64,000 nucleotides of DNA from Blastocystis sp. Blastoise (taxonomy: Eukaryota > Protista > Bigyra: Opalinata). Location of the stretch: positions 434,001-498,000 of the forward strand of contig JBBPEB010000014.1 of NCBI GenBank assembly GCA_039096225.1, written 5' to 3'. Under the pieces are notes generated by a model that saw only the letters and a list, made by a program, of their open reading frames with translations, ran no database searches and was not told the DNA's origin. The position numbers and the translations under genes were made by a program. Below, piece by piece: positions 1-18,968 of the stretch. Each line of letters begins with the position of its first letter. Within the stretch, counting starts at the first letter, position 1.

Positions 1-129
1 AATCTGGAAAACACCAAATTGAAGCCGTTCTCATCATTCTTTGGGGGAAAATCATGTCCATCGTTTTTCTTAAAAGCCTTCAATTTTCATTTATTATTTG
101 ATTATCGTTTTCATTGAGTATTCAAGATA

Positions 130-1115
130 ATGATAACAAAAATATCCGAGTTTTTGCGCAAAGAGTTTCCAGATCTTATTGAAGACTTCGTTCCTTTTCT
201 TTCACAAGCTGTTGATGACATAACAACTCCTTCTGTTGATTCAATTTCTCAAGTTCTGACACCTTATCTCGAGAGTTATGGGATAGATATTATGTCAGAT
301 GATTATAAGGCAAAACTTGAGGCTTTATCGGAATTATTGATCAGTTTGAAACCTCATCTAAAGATAAAAAAGTATGCATCAAAATTGATATTTTTGTAGG
401 GAACATGATTTGTGTATTATATTTATTTTTGTGGTGTTTGTTATATAGAGTAGTAATTAATCTGTTTGTTTAGGGAGAAAAAACCAAAGAGAATAGATGG
501 ATTCAGTGTATCTGATGCTGCCGTTGCTGTTGAGGAGAAGATTCGTTTACAAAAAGCTATTGAAAAAGATGTAGCTGTTAATATTAATTCTGAAATTAAT
601 GATGAAGAAAATTTAAAGAAAGCCAAACTACGTGCAGATCGTACTCAACGACGATTAGAACGTAATAAAACAAAATTATATATATATATTATTATTATTA
701 TTTATTTGCTTATTATTTATTATTTATTTGTTTATTATTATTATTTATTTGTTTATTATTATTATTTATTTATTATTATTCTACTTAATATTCTTTTTTA
801 TTTCCCTCCAGTCCCCCTCCGTCAGTCCCTCCGAGGAGCCCGAGGCCGCTGCTCCCGTTTTATCAGTTGATCTCAATGCTGTAGGCAATGGAAAAAATAT
901 TGATATTGAGCACGTGACTATTGGTGTTCCTAATAAATCCCTCCTTGAGGATGCCGCGTTACATCTGACGCATAATCATAAATATGGTTTAATTGGACGA
1001 AATGGTGTAGGTAAATCTACTCTTTTAAGACATATTGCTCGCCGTTTACTTCCTGGATTCCCTCAACACATATCTATTATGTTTGTAGAACAAGAAGTAT
1101 ATATAATATATAGTA

Positions 1116-1168
<53 letters not shown>

Positions 1169-1993
1169 GATTGAAGGTTGTGATAAGACATGTATTGATT
1201 TTGTATTAGGTAGTGATACTATATATGTTACTCTAAAGGAACGAAAGGAAGAACTCTCCAAGAAAGCAGAACATGGATCTGCGACTGTAGAGGAGTTACA
1301 GGAGTTACAAACCGTTACAAATGAGTACGCTTATCGTGAATATGATAAGGCTATGGATAAATGCTTATATATATTAAAGGGATTAGGTTTCACTGATGAT
1401 TATATACATAAACAAACACAAGAATTATCAGGAGGATGGAGAATGAGAGTTTCGTTAGCAGCTGCTTTATTTAGTCATCCTGATTTACTGTTACTGGATG
1501 AACCAACCAATCACTTGGATCTCCCCACTGTCACGTGGCTTCAAGATTTCTTAGTAGAATATGAGGGATCGTGCGTATTTGTGTCTCACGATCGTTACTT
1601 TTTGAATTATATCGTCACCGATATTGTCTTATTACGTAATAAACGTTTACTATATTATAAGGGTGATTATAATACGTATGAGAAGAGTGAGCACGAGTTA
1701 CTGTTGAATCGTCAGAGAGAGTTACAGAAGGTGCAGGACAGAGAAGACCATATGATGAAGTTCATTAATCGATTCCGATTCAATGCTAATAGAGCTGAGT
1801 ATATATATAATATAATATTATATATTATTATAATATAATATTATATACTATTATATACCATTATAATATCTATATAGTTTGGTTCAATCTCGTTTGAAGG
1901 AGATGAAGAGATTGGAGGAACAGAAGGAAGAGATCGTTAAGATGGGATACGGAGAAGAAGAAGAACAAAAACTATGTGTGTTCAAATTTAATG

Positions 1994-2049
<56 letters not shown>

Positions 2050-2099
2050 CCTGAACCATTACCTTTTCCTATTCTACAAATTATTGATGTTGCTTTTGG

Positions 2100-2142
<43 letters not shown>

Positions 2143-3079
2143 CTCCTTTTCTTATTCTCTCTTTCTATATAGTTATATACCGAGTCAGATATTATTTCAT
2201 GATCTTAACTTTGGTATTGATATGCAGAGTAGAATTGGTATATTGGGACGAAATGGTGTAGGTAAATCTACTCTTATTAAGATCATTATGGGTGAATTGA
2301 ACCCAACTGAAGGCCTTATATCTCGTAATCCGAAGCTTCGAATCGCTTACTTTGCACAAGTATATATATATTATATTATATATATTATATTATATATAAA
2401 GATTATTATAATTGTATATTATAGTATAACAAACATAATATATTATATAATAATAATATATAATAATAATATATAATAATAATATATATATAGTAATATA
2501 TATATATATAATATATAATAATACTCTATATATATAGCACCACGTAGATCAGATGGATTTCTTATTAACACCCATGGAGAGTATGTGGAAGATTGTGCCA
2601 AAGGCTACTGAAGATGAAGTCAGAAGTGGATTAGCCAGATTCGGAATAACCGCGGAAATGGCTTCCCGCCCAAATAAAACATTAAGTGGTGGTCAAAAAA
2701 CAAGATTAGCATTCGCTTTATTAGCTATTAAGAAACCCGATATATATATATTGGATGAACCTACTAACCATCTAGATATTGGTATATATATATTACTATT
2801 ATTATTATTATTAAATTATTATTATTATTTTAATATAGTATATTATTTATATTAATTTCTTACTATTATGAATGACAATAATATATATATATAGAAACTA
2901 TTACTGTTTTAGCTGATGCATTGAGTGTGTTCAAAGGAGGCGTCATTTGTGTTTCTCACGACCAGTTCTTTGTGTCTAAAGTATGTACTGAATTATGGAC
3001 CTTGAGAGATAAGAGTATCATTAAATTTGAAGGAGATTTCAGAGACTATAAACGTATTGTTCTTAAAGGAGATATATAA
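130..3079 (+). CDS. ABCF3: ABC-F family ATPase, ABCF3/GCN20-like (9 exons)
   Basis: Two NBDs: [37 protein letters not shown], then [34 protein letters not shown]. No TM segments. N-terminus LRKEFPDL resembles ABCF3. Exons 130-371, 474-675, 812-1096, 1170-1798, 1878-1995, 2050-2099, 2173-2359, 2538-2781, 2895-3079. Three donors read TT. Confidence 0.93.
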
Positions 3080-3884
3080 TAGAATTTATATATATATATA
3101 ATCTATATATATATTATTAAAGTAGAATATATTTATTATAAAATATATTTTCTTTTTGTATCCTTTTGTGTTAAAAAATGAATTAAAAAAAAAAATGGTT
3201 ATTCTTGATATATCTTATTCATTTACTATTTCTATTATTATATGTATATTTGATTACCTATCATTTATGTTCATTCATCATTTACTCATTTTTCTACTTT
3301 TAGGTTCTTCTTCTTTTGATTTCTTATCCTATTGTTTTTATTTGTTTATCTGTTTTTTTTTTGAACTCCTCCAAACCATCTTCATATATATAAACATATA
3401 TATATATCTTTTCTGTTAACTCTAGTAGTTTTACATTTTTTTTGTATTGTTTTTGTTTTTTAAAATTGTGGATATATTTTTATAGTTAAATGAACTATCA
3501 ATCATGATTCTTTTCTTCTTAAATGTATACATAAATGATTAAATATTTATATGATACTAAAGTTTTATAATAATTATATAATGAGATGATTTAGAGTCAC
3601 TTTAAAAATGAGAAAATATATTAATATACATAAAAAAGATGCCAAACAATAATTTACTTTCAAAAAAAGAAATATTAATACGAATTTATATGTGATAAAC
3701 AAATAATAAAATATAATGATATTTATATCTAGAAAAACAATGATAATAATATAAATATATATATATATATATATATAAATAATCAACAATAGCATGATAA
3801 AAACAAATAAATAGAAAAGGAATGAAAAAAGTGAAATAGTATAGCAACTAGATTATTATTAAATATAAAAAGTTATAATAGTAT

Positions 3885-7363
<3,479 letters not shown>

Positions 7364-7566
7364 CTATTCTATTCAAAAACTAAGTAAAACAATGATAAAT
7401 CGAAACGAAAGTTTTATTAACAAAAATGATTTCTCCGCTGAAAGAACAGCAATTCTTCTGATTTTTTTTGACTTTTTGTTTTGGTCTTCTTTTTTGATTT
7501 CTTTTGCATTTACACCGTTTCTTAAACACATCGATTATTGAATAGGATTATTAAGTTATTAAGAAG
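7364..7566. promoter_or_regulatory. Probable bidirectional promoter between UBE2J and IMPACT
   Basis: 203 nt separate two divergent ATGs; promoter function is inferred. Confidence 0.55.
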
Positions 7567-8129
7567 ATGTCAGATGAAGATAATATTACAAGGCAGCAAG
7601 ATGAAATTGAAATGTTAAAAGCTGTTTACCCAGATTTACTTGAAATGCAAAACAAAACGCATTTCAAAGTATTGATGTCAAATACTGTGGATATAAATCC
7701 TCTTGTTTTGTCAATCACACTTACAGATGAATACCCTTCAGGGGGTCCTCCAGGATTCACTTTATATGCTGAGTGGCTTTCCGATGAGGAAATTGCCTCA
7801 TATATTTCAGAAATGTTTGATCAGTTTTATAATAATGACTTTGACGTTATTATTTATAATTGGATTGTATGGCTTAATGAGAAAATTACATCTGACTCAT
7901 TTTTATCAGAACGTCAACGGAAAATGAATAATACAAAACCAGTTCGTGATAATAAAATAGAAGACAACACAGACACAGTAATTGAACCCATTCCCGTGGT
8001 TAAACAGATATTAAATATACCAACTATTATTCATTCAGAAAATTTTGTTGATAGAAAGAGTACATTTCAAGTATATATATATGTTTTATTCATATGAAAT
8101 ATAATATATATATCCTTTTATAATTATTG

Positions 8130-8170
<41 letters not shown>

Positions 8171-8312
8171 GGCTCATTTGGCTGAAGTACATTCTGTTGA
8201 GGATGTTCATGCGGTGATTGCCTCCCTGAAAGAGGATAATCGAATCCTGAGAGCGACACACAATATGTGGGCATATAGAATTTGGGATAGTAATAATAAT
8301 ATATTATATCAA

Positions 8313-8363
<51 letters not shown>

Positions 8364-8747
8364 ATTGTGATGATGATGGAGAAGCTATGGCCGGAGGGAA
8401 AATGTCAAATTTAGTATGTTCTATATATATATATATAATATTATTACTATTCTTCTTTTAACAAATTTTTATTTCTCATTTTAAACTATATATATATATA
8501 TATAGATGTCTATATTAGAAGTTCAGAATGTATTTGTGATGGTATCAAGATGGTTTGGAGGTATCTTATTAGGTCCAGGTATATATATATATAGAATAAG
8601 TATAATAATAATAAATATACTAATATTCATATATTTCGTTTAACACTACTTGATATAGATCGTTTTAAGGATATTAATAATATGACTCGAAATATATTAG
8701 ATCAAAATGGATATATACCAGAGAAACATAAAAAGCAAAAGAAATAA
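7567..8747 (+). CDS. IMPACT: IMPACT/Yih1 (RWD domain plus UPF0029 ancient domain), 5 exons
   Basis: RWD: QQDEIEMLKAVY, EYPSGGPP. Ancient domain: FVDRKSTFQ|AH, ATHNMWAYRI, Q|DCDDDGEAMAG, VSRWFGGILLGP|DRFK. Confidence 0.95.
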
Positions 8748-9157
8748 TGATATACAGGTTTTTATCTGAGAATAACAATTATTCGTTCTCTATTCATTAT
8801 GAAATCAGTCATAACAATCTATTTTATGTAATAAACAAACTATAGTTTTTGTTTTTGTTGTTTTATTCTTATATCATAAGTCTTGCAAGTATTCCTCTAA
8901 ATCTTGATACTAATATCATTCTGATATCAAATATATTATTTAAAACGTATATAAACGTGAAATATGATATACATAATGATGAAAAACGAATATAACAAGA
9001 CGGATACAATGTACAAGATAACTAATTATTAAAACAAATAGAAAAAGTTAAAAATGATATATTTCTATAAATGCAATAGCCTTTTATTCACTAAAAATAA
9101 TAAACATATTAATTAAAAGAGAGGATAAATTAAATATATATATATATGTATTTGTTT

Positions 9158-9633
9158 TTATTCATTATCATCATCTGTTTCGATATGAAACCTTTTCCCT
9201 TTTTTACACTGTACAACGAATTTCTCCCAGTCAACAGGTTCATATCTTTCTCTTATATAATTATATAATCGTTTATTATTATGACCTACTTGCTTGTGAC
9301 TTAAAGAGAATTGACAGAATAAACAACAGGAGAGTGGGAAACACGGGAATTTATGAGGAATAGAAGAAGAATCTGTTAATAGATCTAAAGAAACAGTTGT
9401 ATTATTGGACTCATTAGGAGGAGGAGAAGAAGAAAGTGAAGAAGAAGGATAAAGAGAAGAAGAAGGTGAGAAAGGAAGAATATCTTCAGATGTGTAGATT
9501 GAATGATATACTGTTTGACAAATAGGACAATAAGCAGGTGACGGGCATGTGACATACGTTAACGTATAGGGATCAATATTGGATAAATATTCATTAAAGA
9601 AACAACCTTCTTCATGATCTTCAGGGAAGCAAA

Positions 9634-9667
<34 letters not shown>

Positions 9668-12291
9668 AGTTATTATTTATAAAAACATAAATATATAATA
9701 AATATTGAATTAAATTATAATAATCATAAAACTATAAATATATATTATTACATTGATGAAAACATAAATTTATTATTACTATTATAAAAAGTATATTCAT
9801 TTAAATAGATAATAATAGAACAAGTAATACATATATATACATACATCTTTTTCGCAAACTGGACATTCTTGTTGAATAATATGTTGAATAGAATGTATGA
9901 ATTCTTGTACTGATTGTTCTTTAGAATATTCTTTAGAAATAGATGAATATAGATGAGGTACTAGGGATATAATGTAAGGTAATAGATCTCGTTGAGAAAT
10001 GGAAAATATGTCAAAGAATGTAGTTTGTATATAATACAATAAGGCTAGAATACGGAGAATAAAAATAGAAGTTGATTTAGAGAGAGGAGAAGAGGATGAT
10101 TGAAGCATAGATAGTAATATATCGAGTTGTGACAAGTAGTAATAATAAAGAATAATATATTTATATTGATCTGATTGTTTTAGTATATTTAACGCATGAA
10201 ATTGAATACGAGGAAACCATGAGCAAAGAATATGTGCAAAGACCATTTTATTATATATTATTTCATAAGAATCAGTCTGATTTATAGTAAGAAAGGAAGA
10301 TAAAGATGTGGAGATAGATAAGGATAATTCCTTATTATTAATAGAATTAATTATTAAATAAATTAAGGGAATATAAAATGAAGGTGAATATGTCTATATA
10401 GAGAGTATAAAATAGGGTAGAATAATAATTATTTATTGTATATTAATAGTATTATTATATAATAAAGAAGTAAATTTTGATGAAAGAAATAGGAGATAAT
10501 ATTATGATTAAAATAATTAAAAAAATATTAAATAGAAAAAATATTAAATATAAAAAATATTAAATATAAAAAATATTAAATATAAAAAATATTAAATATA
10601 AAAAATATTAAGCAAAAATAATAAATAATAAAAACATAAAATAATAAAAAAGAATAAAAAAGAATAAAAAAATACTTTGGAGCAGATAGCTTCATTGATA
10701 ATCGTTTGTATATTTTTATTCATTAAGAATTTGAGTTCAAAATAACTTTTTCGAATATCAGAAGTAGCTCTATAAAGACTTGTATTGAATGTAACAAAAT
10801 AGAAAGACGAGAAGAATGAAGAAGAAGAAGAAGAATGAGGGAATACAGGTGTGAAATAAAGAGGAATACACGATGTTGAATGCTCAGAAATATATACTAT
10901 ATATATATTGATTTATATAAATAAATAATACATATATAATGATTCCTTTTAACAATATATATATATATATCGTATATAGTATAGATATAATAAATACTAT
11001 TAAAATATCAATAATTATATATATACATGAATAAAGAAATTTTGTTTCTTTGAGTTGCGTATCAATTTGATAGAACTGTCTATTTCTTGTTATATATACA
11101 TATACTGGAATAGAATCTATAGGAGATAGAAAAGGAGTGAATAATATGATTTCTTCATTGAATATATAGGAATGAAGAAGAGTAGATGCTAGAAAAAAAG
11201 AAGAGGAAGAAGAGAAGTTCATTTGAAGAGAATAAATATATAGATGTATAGAGGAATAGAAATAGAGGAAATAGTCTTCTTTATTATTCTTAATTATTTG
11301 TATATCTATATAATCTGTAAATAAACAAGGATTTTCAATCTTATGAAGTAATTGAGGAGGTTCCGAGAGAATCATTGAATTATATTTATATATATAAATA
11401 GTACCTTTATTCGTTATATAATAAACAATAGGTATAGAAGCATGATTTGAACATATATAGTTAAATATATGAATATGACTTCCTATTTCATTGTTTTCTA
11501 TTTGTTGAGTATATAGTAATTCTGAAGGAAAACAAATATTCTCATATATTTTATATTTAAATAAAGTAGAATCAATTAATAAATATAATAATCCAAAAGA
11601 AGTATTATTTTTTTCTTTATCATGATAAAGAATAGAATCCCAACATCCATGAATCGAATAGTATTTTGAAGTATATTCATCCTTTTTCACATATGTTTTT
11701 GGATTTAATATATCTTTATTTTCTAATAAAGGAATCGAATGAGTAAAATTATCTACTTCTTTTAATTCATGTTGACCCTCTGTTTTTGTTAATGATAATA
11801 AAGAAATATTTGGATTTCCGTGTATGGCAAGAAGCAAGGATTCATTGTTATTTGATAAACCAACAGGAGACCATTCTAATGAAGTAAATGATAACGATGA
11901 CAGTAATACATGATCTTTTCGTATAGGATTATCTACCTAAATATCATATAGATAGTTATTTAAATCATATAAAGAATCAAATAATGTATTTTAAGGTATA
12001 AATGAGTGAAAATAATACAAATTTAGTGTTAATATATACTTTAGGAACTCTTATTTTCGTGGTTTCACCTCCTGGTTGTTCATTACGAATGACTTGTCCA
12101 TTAGGATAGAAAACTGTTGAAGAATGAAAAGTTTGAGAAACAACATCATAAACTCGAACGAAGTTATTATCAGAAAAAGCTAATTTCAGGTCTTCCGATA
12201 ATTTGATAGATATTCCTAAAGGCTTATCTATTGATTTTGGGATATAATTGAGTCTTGATTCAAGATCGACTGTTTGAAATTGACTTTCCAT
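9158..12291 (-). CDS. Putative TFIIIC subunit delta (GTF3C4/Tfc8-like): WD-like N-terminus and C-terminal Zn finger (5 exons)
   Basis: LEWSPVGLSNNNESLLLA motif near the N-terminus; C-terminal CPVC...CPIC...CLFC cluster. Canonical introns give one continuous frame. Confidence 0.62.
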
Positions 12292-12857
12292 ATCTATATT
12301 CTTCCTTGTGATAAGTGACTAACAACAATAAATAAACTTCTATTTATCGAAGAGAGAAAATGGAATAAAACTCAAATGAAATTTTTTATTTTTATAGATT
12401 CTTTTCAAATATTTGATTTGTGTTTTATATAAAAGTATATTCTTGTATTAAAACTATTTTGAATAAAATTAGCGTATTAAGTATTTTTCTTTGATACTCA
12501 TTTGGAGAACAAGAATTCTTCGATTTCAAATTTCCTATATATTTACCGATATAGTTGTATAAATTTTGTTTAGGAGTTCAAAAAGCAGTATAGAATTGTT
12601 TCAATTCATTTTAAACATCATATGTTTTGAATATTGTCATCAATTAAATTTCTTTTACGAAAAGTATTCAGTTATTGATGAAGAATAAAGTTGTGACATA
12701 TATAAACAAAACATAATGATTTATAAAAAAAGATCCAAAAGTTAATATACTGTAAAAACTATAAAATAAACATAAAATACGATTTAAAAGTGTAAAAAAA
12801 AGAAGAGTAGCAATAAGAATGTAATAATTTATATATATTTAAAGTGTTTAAATGAAT

Positions 12858-13717
12858 TTAAATAGAAGCTGGATCTCTATTTGTCCAATAGAATCTTCCT
12901 AAGAATTGAGTGAAAGCCATAGTAGAACATAAATAGAAGATAATAAATTGTAAAAGATTTAAACAAGTAGAAGAAGAGAGAGGAACTAAGGAATGATTCT
13001 CTAAAACTATAATAAATCATTTATAATATATATAATAATATATATTATATTATTTATTATAATAATTTATAATATATATTATAATATATATTATATAATA
13101 TTAGTATGTATCTATAATAATAATAATAAATATAATAATAATATCTATTATATACTATTATTAGCAAGGGAAGTTAGATTAGTATAGATATCAGAGAGGA
13201 AGTTATGAGATGTAATTAATGATGAAGGAACCATATAAGACATAGAAGCTAATAAATCATTGATTTTTTCAATAAAGATAGAGTGATCGATATGTTCAAA
13301 GAAAATACAGAAAATAGCAATAAGAAGAAGAGGAGGACATAAGAGATGAATACATACAACATTTGTATATTGAATAATATAGTTTATGAATGTAGGAGGC
13401 TATAGGAATATAGAAAATAATATAGAATTAACATAATCATAAAGTAATAAAACAATAATATGATAATAAAATAATTATATATAATAATAAAATAATATAT
13501 AATAATATACTTCAACTTCTTTTGTTCGTTTTCCTTCATAGATTTCTAAGAATTGATCAATTATATTTTGTTTCACAGTGACTGAATTTGATAAATTGAA
13601 ATAACATTGCATAAGAGGTCTGAAAAGGGATAAACGTAAAGAGATATATATAAATAAAAGAAGACATTGAAAATAAAACCATTCATTTTCATTTATACTA
13701 TAGAGAAGAACAAATAA

Positions 13718-13784
<67 letters not shown>

Positions 13785-15172
13785 ATATAAATATAAATAT
13801 ATATACGTGACTCCCATAATGGTTTTTCCTTCAAGAATATCATATAATAGAGGTTTAATGAAGGAAAGAGCAATATAAAGAGGAAGGAAGAAAACAATAG
13901 GGGAAATAAGGCTATAATCATATATAGCGATAATCATATAAATAATGAACGAAAGAAAAGAGTATATCATAGAATAATAACAAATAAAATAATAGAAAAT
14001 AATTATAAATTAAAAACATACAAAGAGAGTTTTTTTAATTTCGATTCAAGTTGAGTATATCTGAAAACAGGAATAAGAAGGAGAGGAGGAAGAAGAGAAA
14101 TAAGAAGGCAGAAGAGACATATATATATATCTGGAAGTATATGAACAGTATACTATATATATAATAATAATCATGATTATGAATATAATAAATATAATGA
14201 TAATAATAAACATAATTATTATATATACATGAATAGAGAATCGTTCAAAGATTGAAGTTAAGACAACGTTGAAATCTGTCCAAACCTATTTATTTATAAA
14301 TATAGATATTCGTATAGAATAATTATATATATATACATTTTTAAGATTGAATGTAAAGAATGTTTCCGGTAAATAGAGTAATCCAATAGCATAAACAAAA
14401 CAGAAGACATAAAATACAAGAAAAATAACAAAATCACTTTTCTTTGTACTTAAATGAGTAAACCATGAAATTAAACAATAGACAAGATATAACATCTATA
14501 TAATAAAGATAATAATAATAATAATAAAAAATAATTATTATTTTTATTATATAAAAAAAAATATATATATAATATTTAAAAAAACATACCAGAAGTACAT
14601 AAGAATAATAATGAACATGAGATGATGTATATCCAAAAAGATAACGAACGAGAGCTACAAGAGTAGTTGAAATACAACAGCAACAAATAAAAACTAATCC
14701 AGCAAAATAATCATAGAATGTCGCACTATAATAATAAAAAAAAAACATATTTAGCATTGACAGTAATCAAATGAATTCATTGACAAATAAAATAAGTTGA
14801 AAATACTTTGAAAAAGCATGAGCATGAACAGTTTTATGCGACAAATCACAAGCTGCATACACATTCTATAGGAGAAAAACATGAATAAATAAAAGAATTA
14901 TTTAAAAAGGTACCTCATAGACGTCTTGTTTCTGTTTTAATAAATTCACTTTTTTCTTTCCATCTTTTCCTTGATCAGGGTAAATTGCATACAAATAACC
15001 TTTCTTAGGATTGATATAAACACGTAACTTTCTTAATAACTAAAAATAAAAAGAATCAACGGCAAAAAGTGAAGTAACATACAAGTGAAGGAAAATCAAA
15101 GACAGAATTTAGCTTTAAATAGATAAATGCAGTAAGAATAAATGATAATAATTCAGGATCAAAAACAGCCAT
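12858..15172 (-). CDS. TMEM161: TMEM161-family multi-pass membrane protein (11 exons)
   Basis: Family-like motifs FFLPLYIALSFIKPL, LRLSLFRPLMQCYFNL and VVCIHLLCPPLLL; several hydrophobic segments; GT-AG introns. Confidence 0.75.
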
Positions 15173-15533
15173 CTGATATATAAACAAAAGAAGATTGAAG
15201 AAAAATGTTATGAATTTCTCAGAAAAAAATCATTTGATAATTCTGTTTCACGGCTTGGATACGTATAACTCTGGGAATATTGACAGAATACTTGGATATA
15301 ATGAAATAAACATGAATAGGAATAATATATAATGTTAAAGAAATTTAATATGGTTATTGTAGTTTTTCAGAGAAGATTCTGTACATAATCATGGGAATTT
15401 GAAGAGAATAAAAAACAGTTTTATATAACTACCTAACAAGGAACACTTAGAACAACGAAAATAATAAAAAAGAGAAAGAAGAGAAATCATTTGATTATCT
15501 TGTTTATTGATATTTAAGTAGATATAATAAATA

Positions 15534-15794
15534 ATGTTTGCCAGAGTTGTCAGAAAGATCAACGCTAATAATCTTGTTCGTCTTATGCATGAAGAAGCTC
15601 ATGCCATTCCTCAAAAGATGTTCAGTGGTGCTAAGGAAGGTACTGGTAAATTTGAACCTTGGGAACTTCCCACTTATATTGGTGTTTATGGTGGAATTGC
15701 CTTAACTGCTGTTGCTTTACATTATGTTCCTGATACATCTATCAGAGCTTGGGCTGAAAAGGAAGCTGAATCTAGACTTAATGCTAGAAACTAA
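15534..15794 (+). CDS. NDUFB11: Complex I accessory subunit NDUFB11 (ESSS), intronless, with mitochondrial-type presequence
   Basis: EPWELPTY, one TM segment, then YVPDTSIRAWAEKEA..RL signature; Arg-rich N-terminus MFARVVRK. Confidence 0.88.
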   Translation: MFARVVRKINANNLVRLMHEEAHAIPQKMFSGAKEGTGKFEPWELPTYIGVYGGIALTAVALHYVPDTSIRAWAEKEAESRLNARN

Positions 15795-16477
15795 GTTTCT
15801 ATTAGGATATTGTAAATAATAAAGGCATCATATCACACAAACTTTCAGAATTTCTACATTTTATTGTTTATTTGCAATTTCTATCCACAATCATTACACA
15901 AATCGTTATAAACAATTTTATACTTTTATGAATTATTTCATTTTATGTATCTTATGTTTTGTTGGTGTATAAGCTCTAAAGATATATGAATAATATAAAA
16001 TAGATAACAAAACACAACGAAAATGAAGAATAAATCCTTTTTTTTATTATTAGAAAATAGTTACAAGAAATATACATAAACAATAATAGCATAGAGATTT
16101 TTTAATTTAAATGATATATATATGCATAAAATAAATTGAATAAATATAAAAATATTATGAATTATAATAAAAGAATGTGTATATCTAGAGAGTTGAAATT
16201 CAACTTACTATATACATAAATAGATACAATATGAATACATACATATAGATAGAAAAACACAAATTATTTTTAAAAGAAAAAGTGAATATATAGAATGAAT
16301 AGATATTAATTATAATCTTGAAATAACACATTGTTATAAATAATAATAAATAGTCTTCATATAAAAAACAAAATGACGATGAAGATTTATGTAGAATAGA
16401 ATAAAAATAATAGCTATAATTTCATTACGATAGATAGAATGACACATAATTAAAGAATATATTTATATATATAGTTA

Positions 16478-18968
16478 TTATGATTCTGTAATGAATAGAT
16501 TATGATATTTATATAAGGAAAGGTATTCCTTAGCATCGAAGAGATAGGATAATAATACATTTATATTAATATATGCATTTTGATTATGATAATAGGTTTC
16601 ACAGGTATCGTAGGGAATTTTTTTAGGACAAGGTTTAGAAGTAATATTATATACAGATATAGTATGTATATTATTGAGTTCTAAACTTCGTCGAATCCAT
16701 CGATTTAAATAATTCTCCTCATAATATAAAATAGCAACACTATTTGGAAGCATATAAAAGCTATTAATAAAACTACCGCCATAGATGCCAAGGAATATAT
16801 CGGAATATATACAAGCTTTTATTTGTTTTCCTGGAGAAAGTCGTTCTAAGTATAATGTAGACACATCAAGGTGGGACTATAATTATTATATATATTAATA
16901 GAGAAATAACAAAGGATAAATTAATTTTGAACAATTGATTTATTTGCATATAAAGATATGTTAGATAATATTATTTTATGTGAAGTTTATGTGATAATAA
17001 TAATAAGTTATAAAAGGAATAAATAAATATAAATAATAAATAATAAATAATAAATAATAAATAATAAATAATAAATAATAAATAATAAATAATAAATAAT
17101 AAATAATAAATAATATAATAAATAAATAAATAAATAATAAATAATAAATAATAAACATAAATATATATATATACATCTTTATAGAGAGCGGATTGAACTT
17201 GATTTTGGTTCATTAATATTCGACCTCCATTTTGATTTCTGAATTGTTTATCTCTTAAGGCGAGTAATAAATGGAATTTACATGATTTTTTACATAATTT
17301 TATAGATTTCTCACCAATAGATTTATATATATAGGCCTTCGTAAATAGAGCTTCTTGAACAGATGTATATATATATCCTTTCCATGCTAAATATGGATAT
17401 ATTGCATGCTATATATATATATAAATATATATAATAATATATTTAAAATATATTTCATAATATATTTCATAATATATTTCATAATATATATAATAAATAT
17501 ATATATACAGCATGTTTAAAGCAAACATATAGACTTTGAAATGCAGTTTTTACCTGTGCAGATTCATAAGTATATTGTGTTACTAATTTCCGCGGGAATA
17601 ATTGCATTAATATATTTAAATACATATTATTCCAATGAAGATTTTTTAATACTGGAAAATTGAGGAGATATAAGGAATTTATCTATAAATATATGTATTT
17701 TATTATATGTATATAAAAAGATACAATAACTATATATATATATTATAAGATAATAAAATAAAAGCGAAATAAGACGGTAGTATTAATGTATAAATGTATA
17801 TGTGTTATAAATCTATATACTTTAGGATATTGTTCGGGGAACAGAGCAACTCGTACAAGATGCTGATAAGATTCTACGAAATGAAACGCATTTCGAGGAC
17901 GAGTTAGCAACGTAATATAATTATGATGTGTTTTAAAATAAAAAGAAGAAGAAGGACTATGTATATATATAGATGGAATATTACTAGAATAGTCATAAAT
18001 AATGATGAATAAAAAGTTATATATATATATACGTAATAGATTGATTTTTTATCGATGTGAGTTGATAATATGTAAATGGCTGTTGACCTATATATATATA
18101 ATAATTAATATATTAATATATATATTAATCATAATAATATATTATAATTAATAATATATTAATCATAATAATATATTATAATTAATAATAACTAGAATAT
18201 AACTATATATATATACTAGCAAATGAATATATTTGTGAGTAATGTGCTTTATCTGTAAAGAATACATATCGTTTTTCTTTATCACTATAGCATATATTCT
18301 TAAATTCTATAATTTCATCATATTGACCATGTATCATTGAGATTGAAGTATGAACATCATCTCTAGAAAGAATAAAACATATAATATTATAAACAGTTAT
18401 ATATATAATATACTGTGCTACAATTGTTGTTTTTGAAAAGCTCACCTCTTCTATATACAGGAATATAGACTATAGTATATATATTTTACTTTTTTTTCTA
18501 AAAATAGAATCATTAATAAATGAATCCATCTTTGTTGACCTAATGCATATATAGATATAATATATAAATTATCATAATTACCAATCATCTGATGTTAGAT
18601 TGACAGAAGGAAATGGAGGAACAGAAGTTGATTTGAGAGAAATAAGTGTAGACTTAGGGTCTATATAGTTATCTTGCTTAATAAAGAGTTTTTGAATATT
18701 CCCTGATAACTCTTCATCTCTCATAGGTATATCGTCTTCAATTGTTTTGCTAAGAATAGGATAGTGTTAAAAAACTTTGTTTATCAAACCTTTTATTATC
18801 GATATCTGTATCATTATATAGATCTGATATATAATTTGCTTTCTCACTAATCAAAACAATATGCTTTTGAAAATTCACAGTAAAATAATCAGAAATAGAA
18901 GCTGTATATTGAAATACAATAATAAACAGCAAAAAGACATATATGATCAGATCGATATAAAACAACAT
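16478..18968 (-). CDS. Type II membrane glycosyltransferase family 61-like (DUF563), 10 exons; start uncertain
   Basis: N-terminal TM segment; EFKNICY, VCFKHA, GRILMNQNQV, LERLSPGKQI...DIFLGIYGGSFINSFYMLPNS. Confidence 0.65.
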
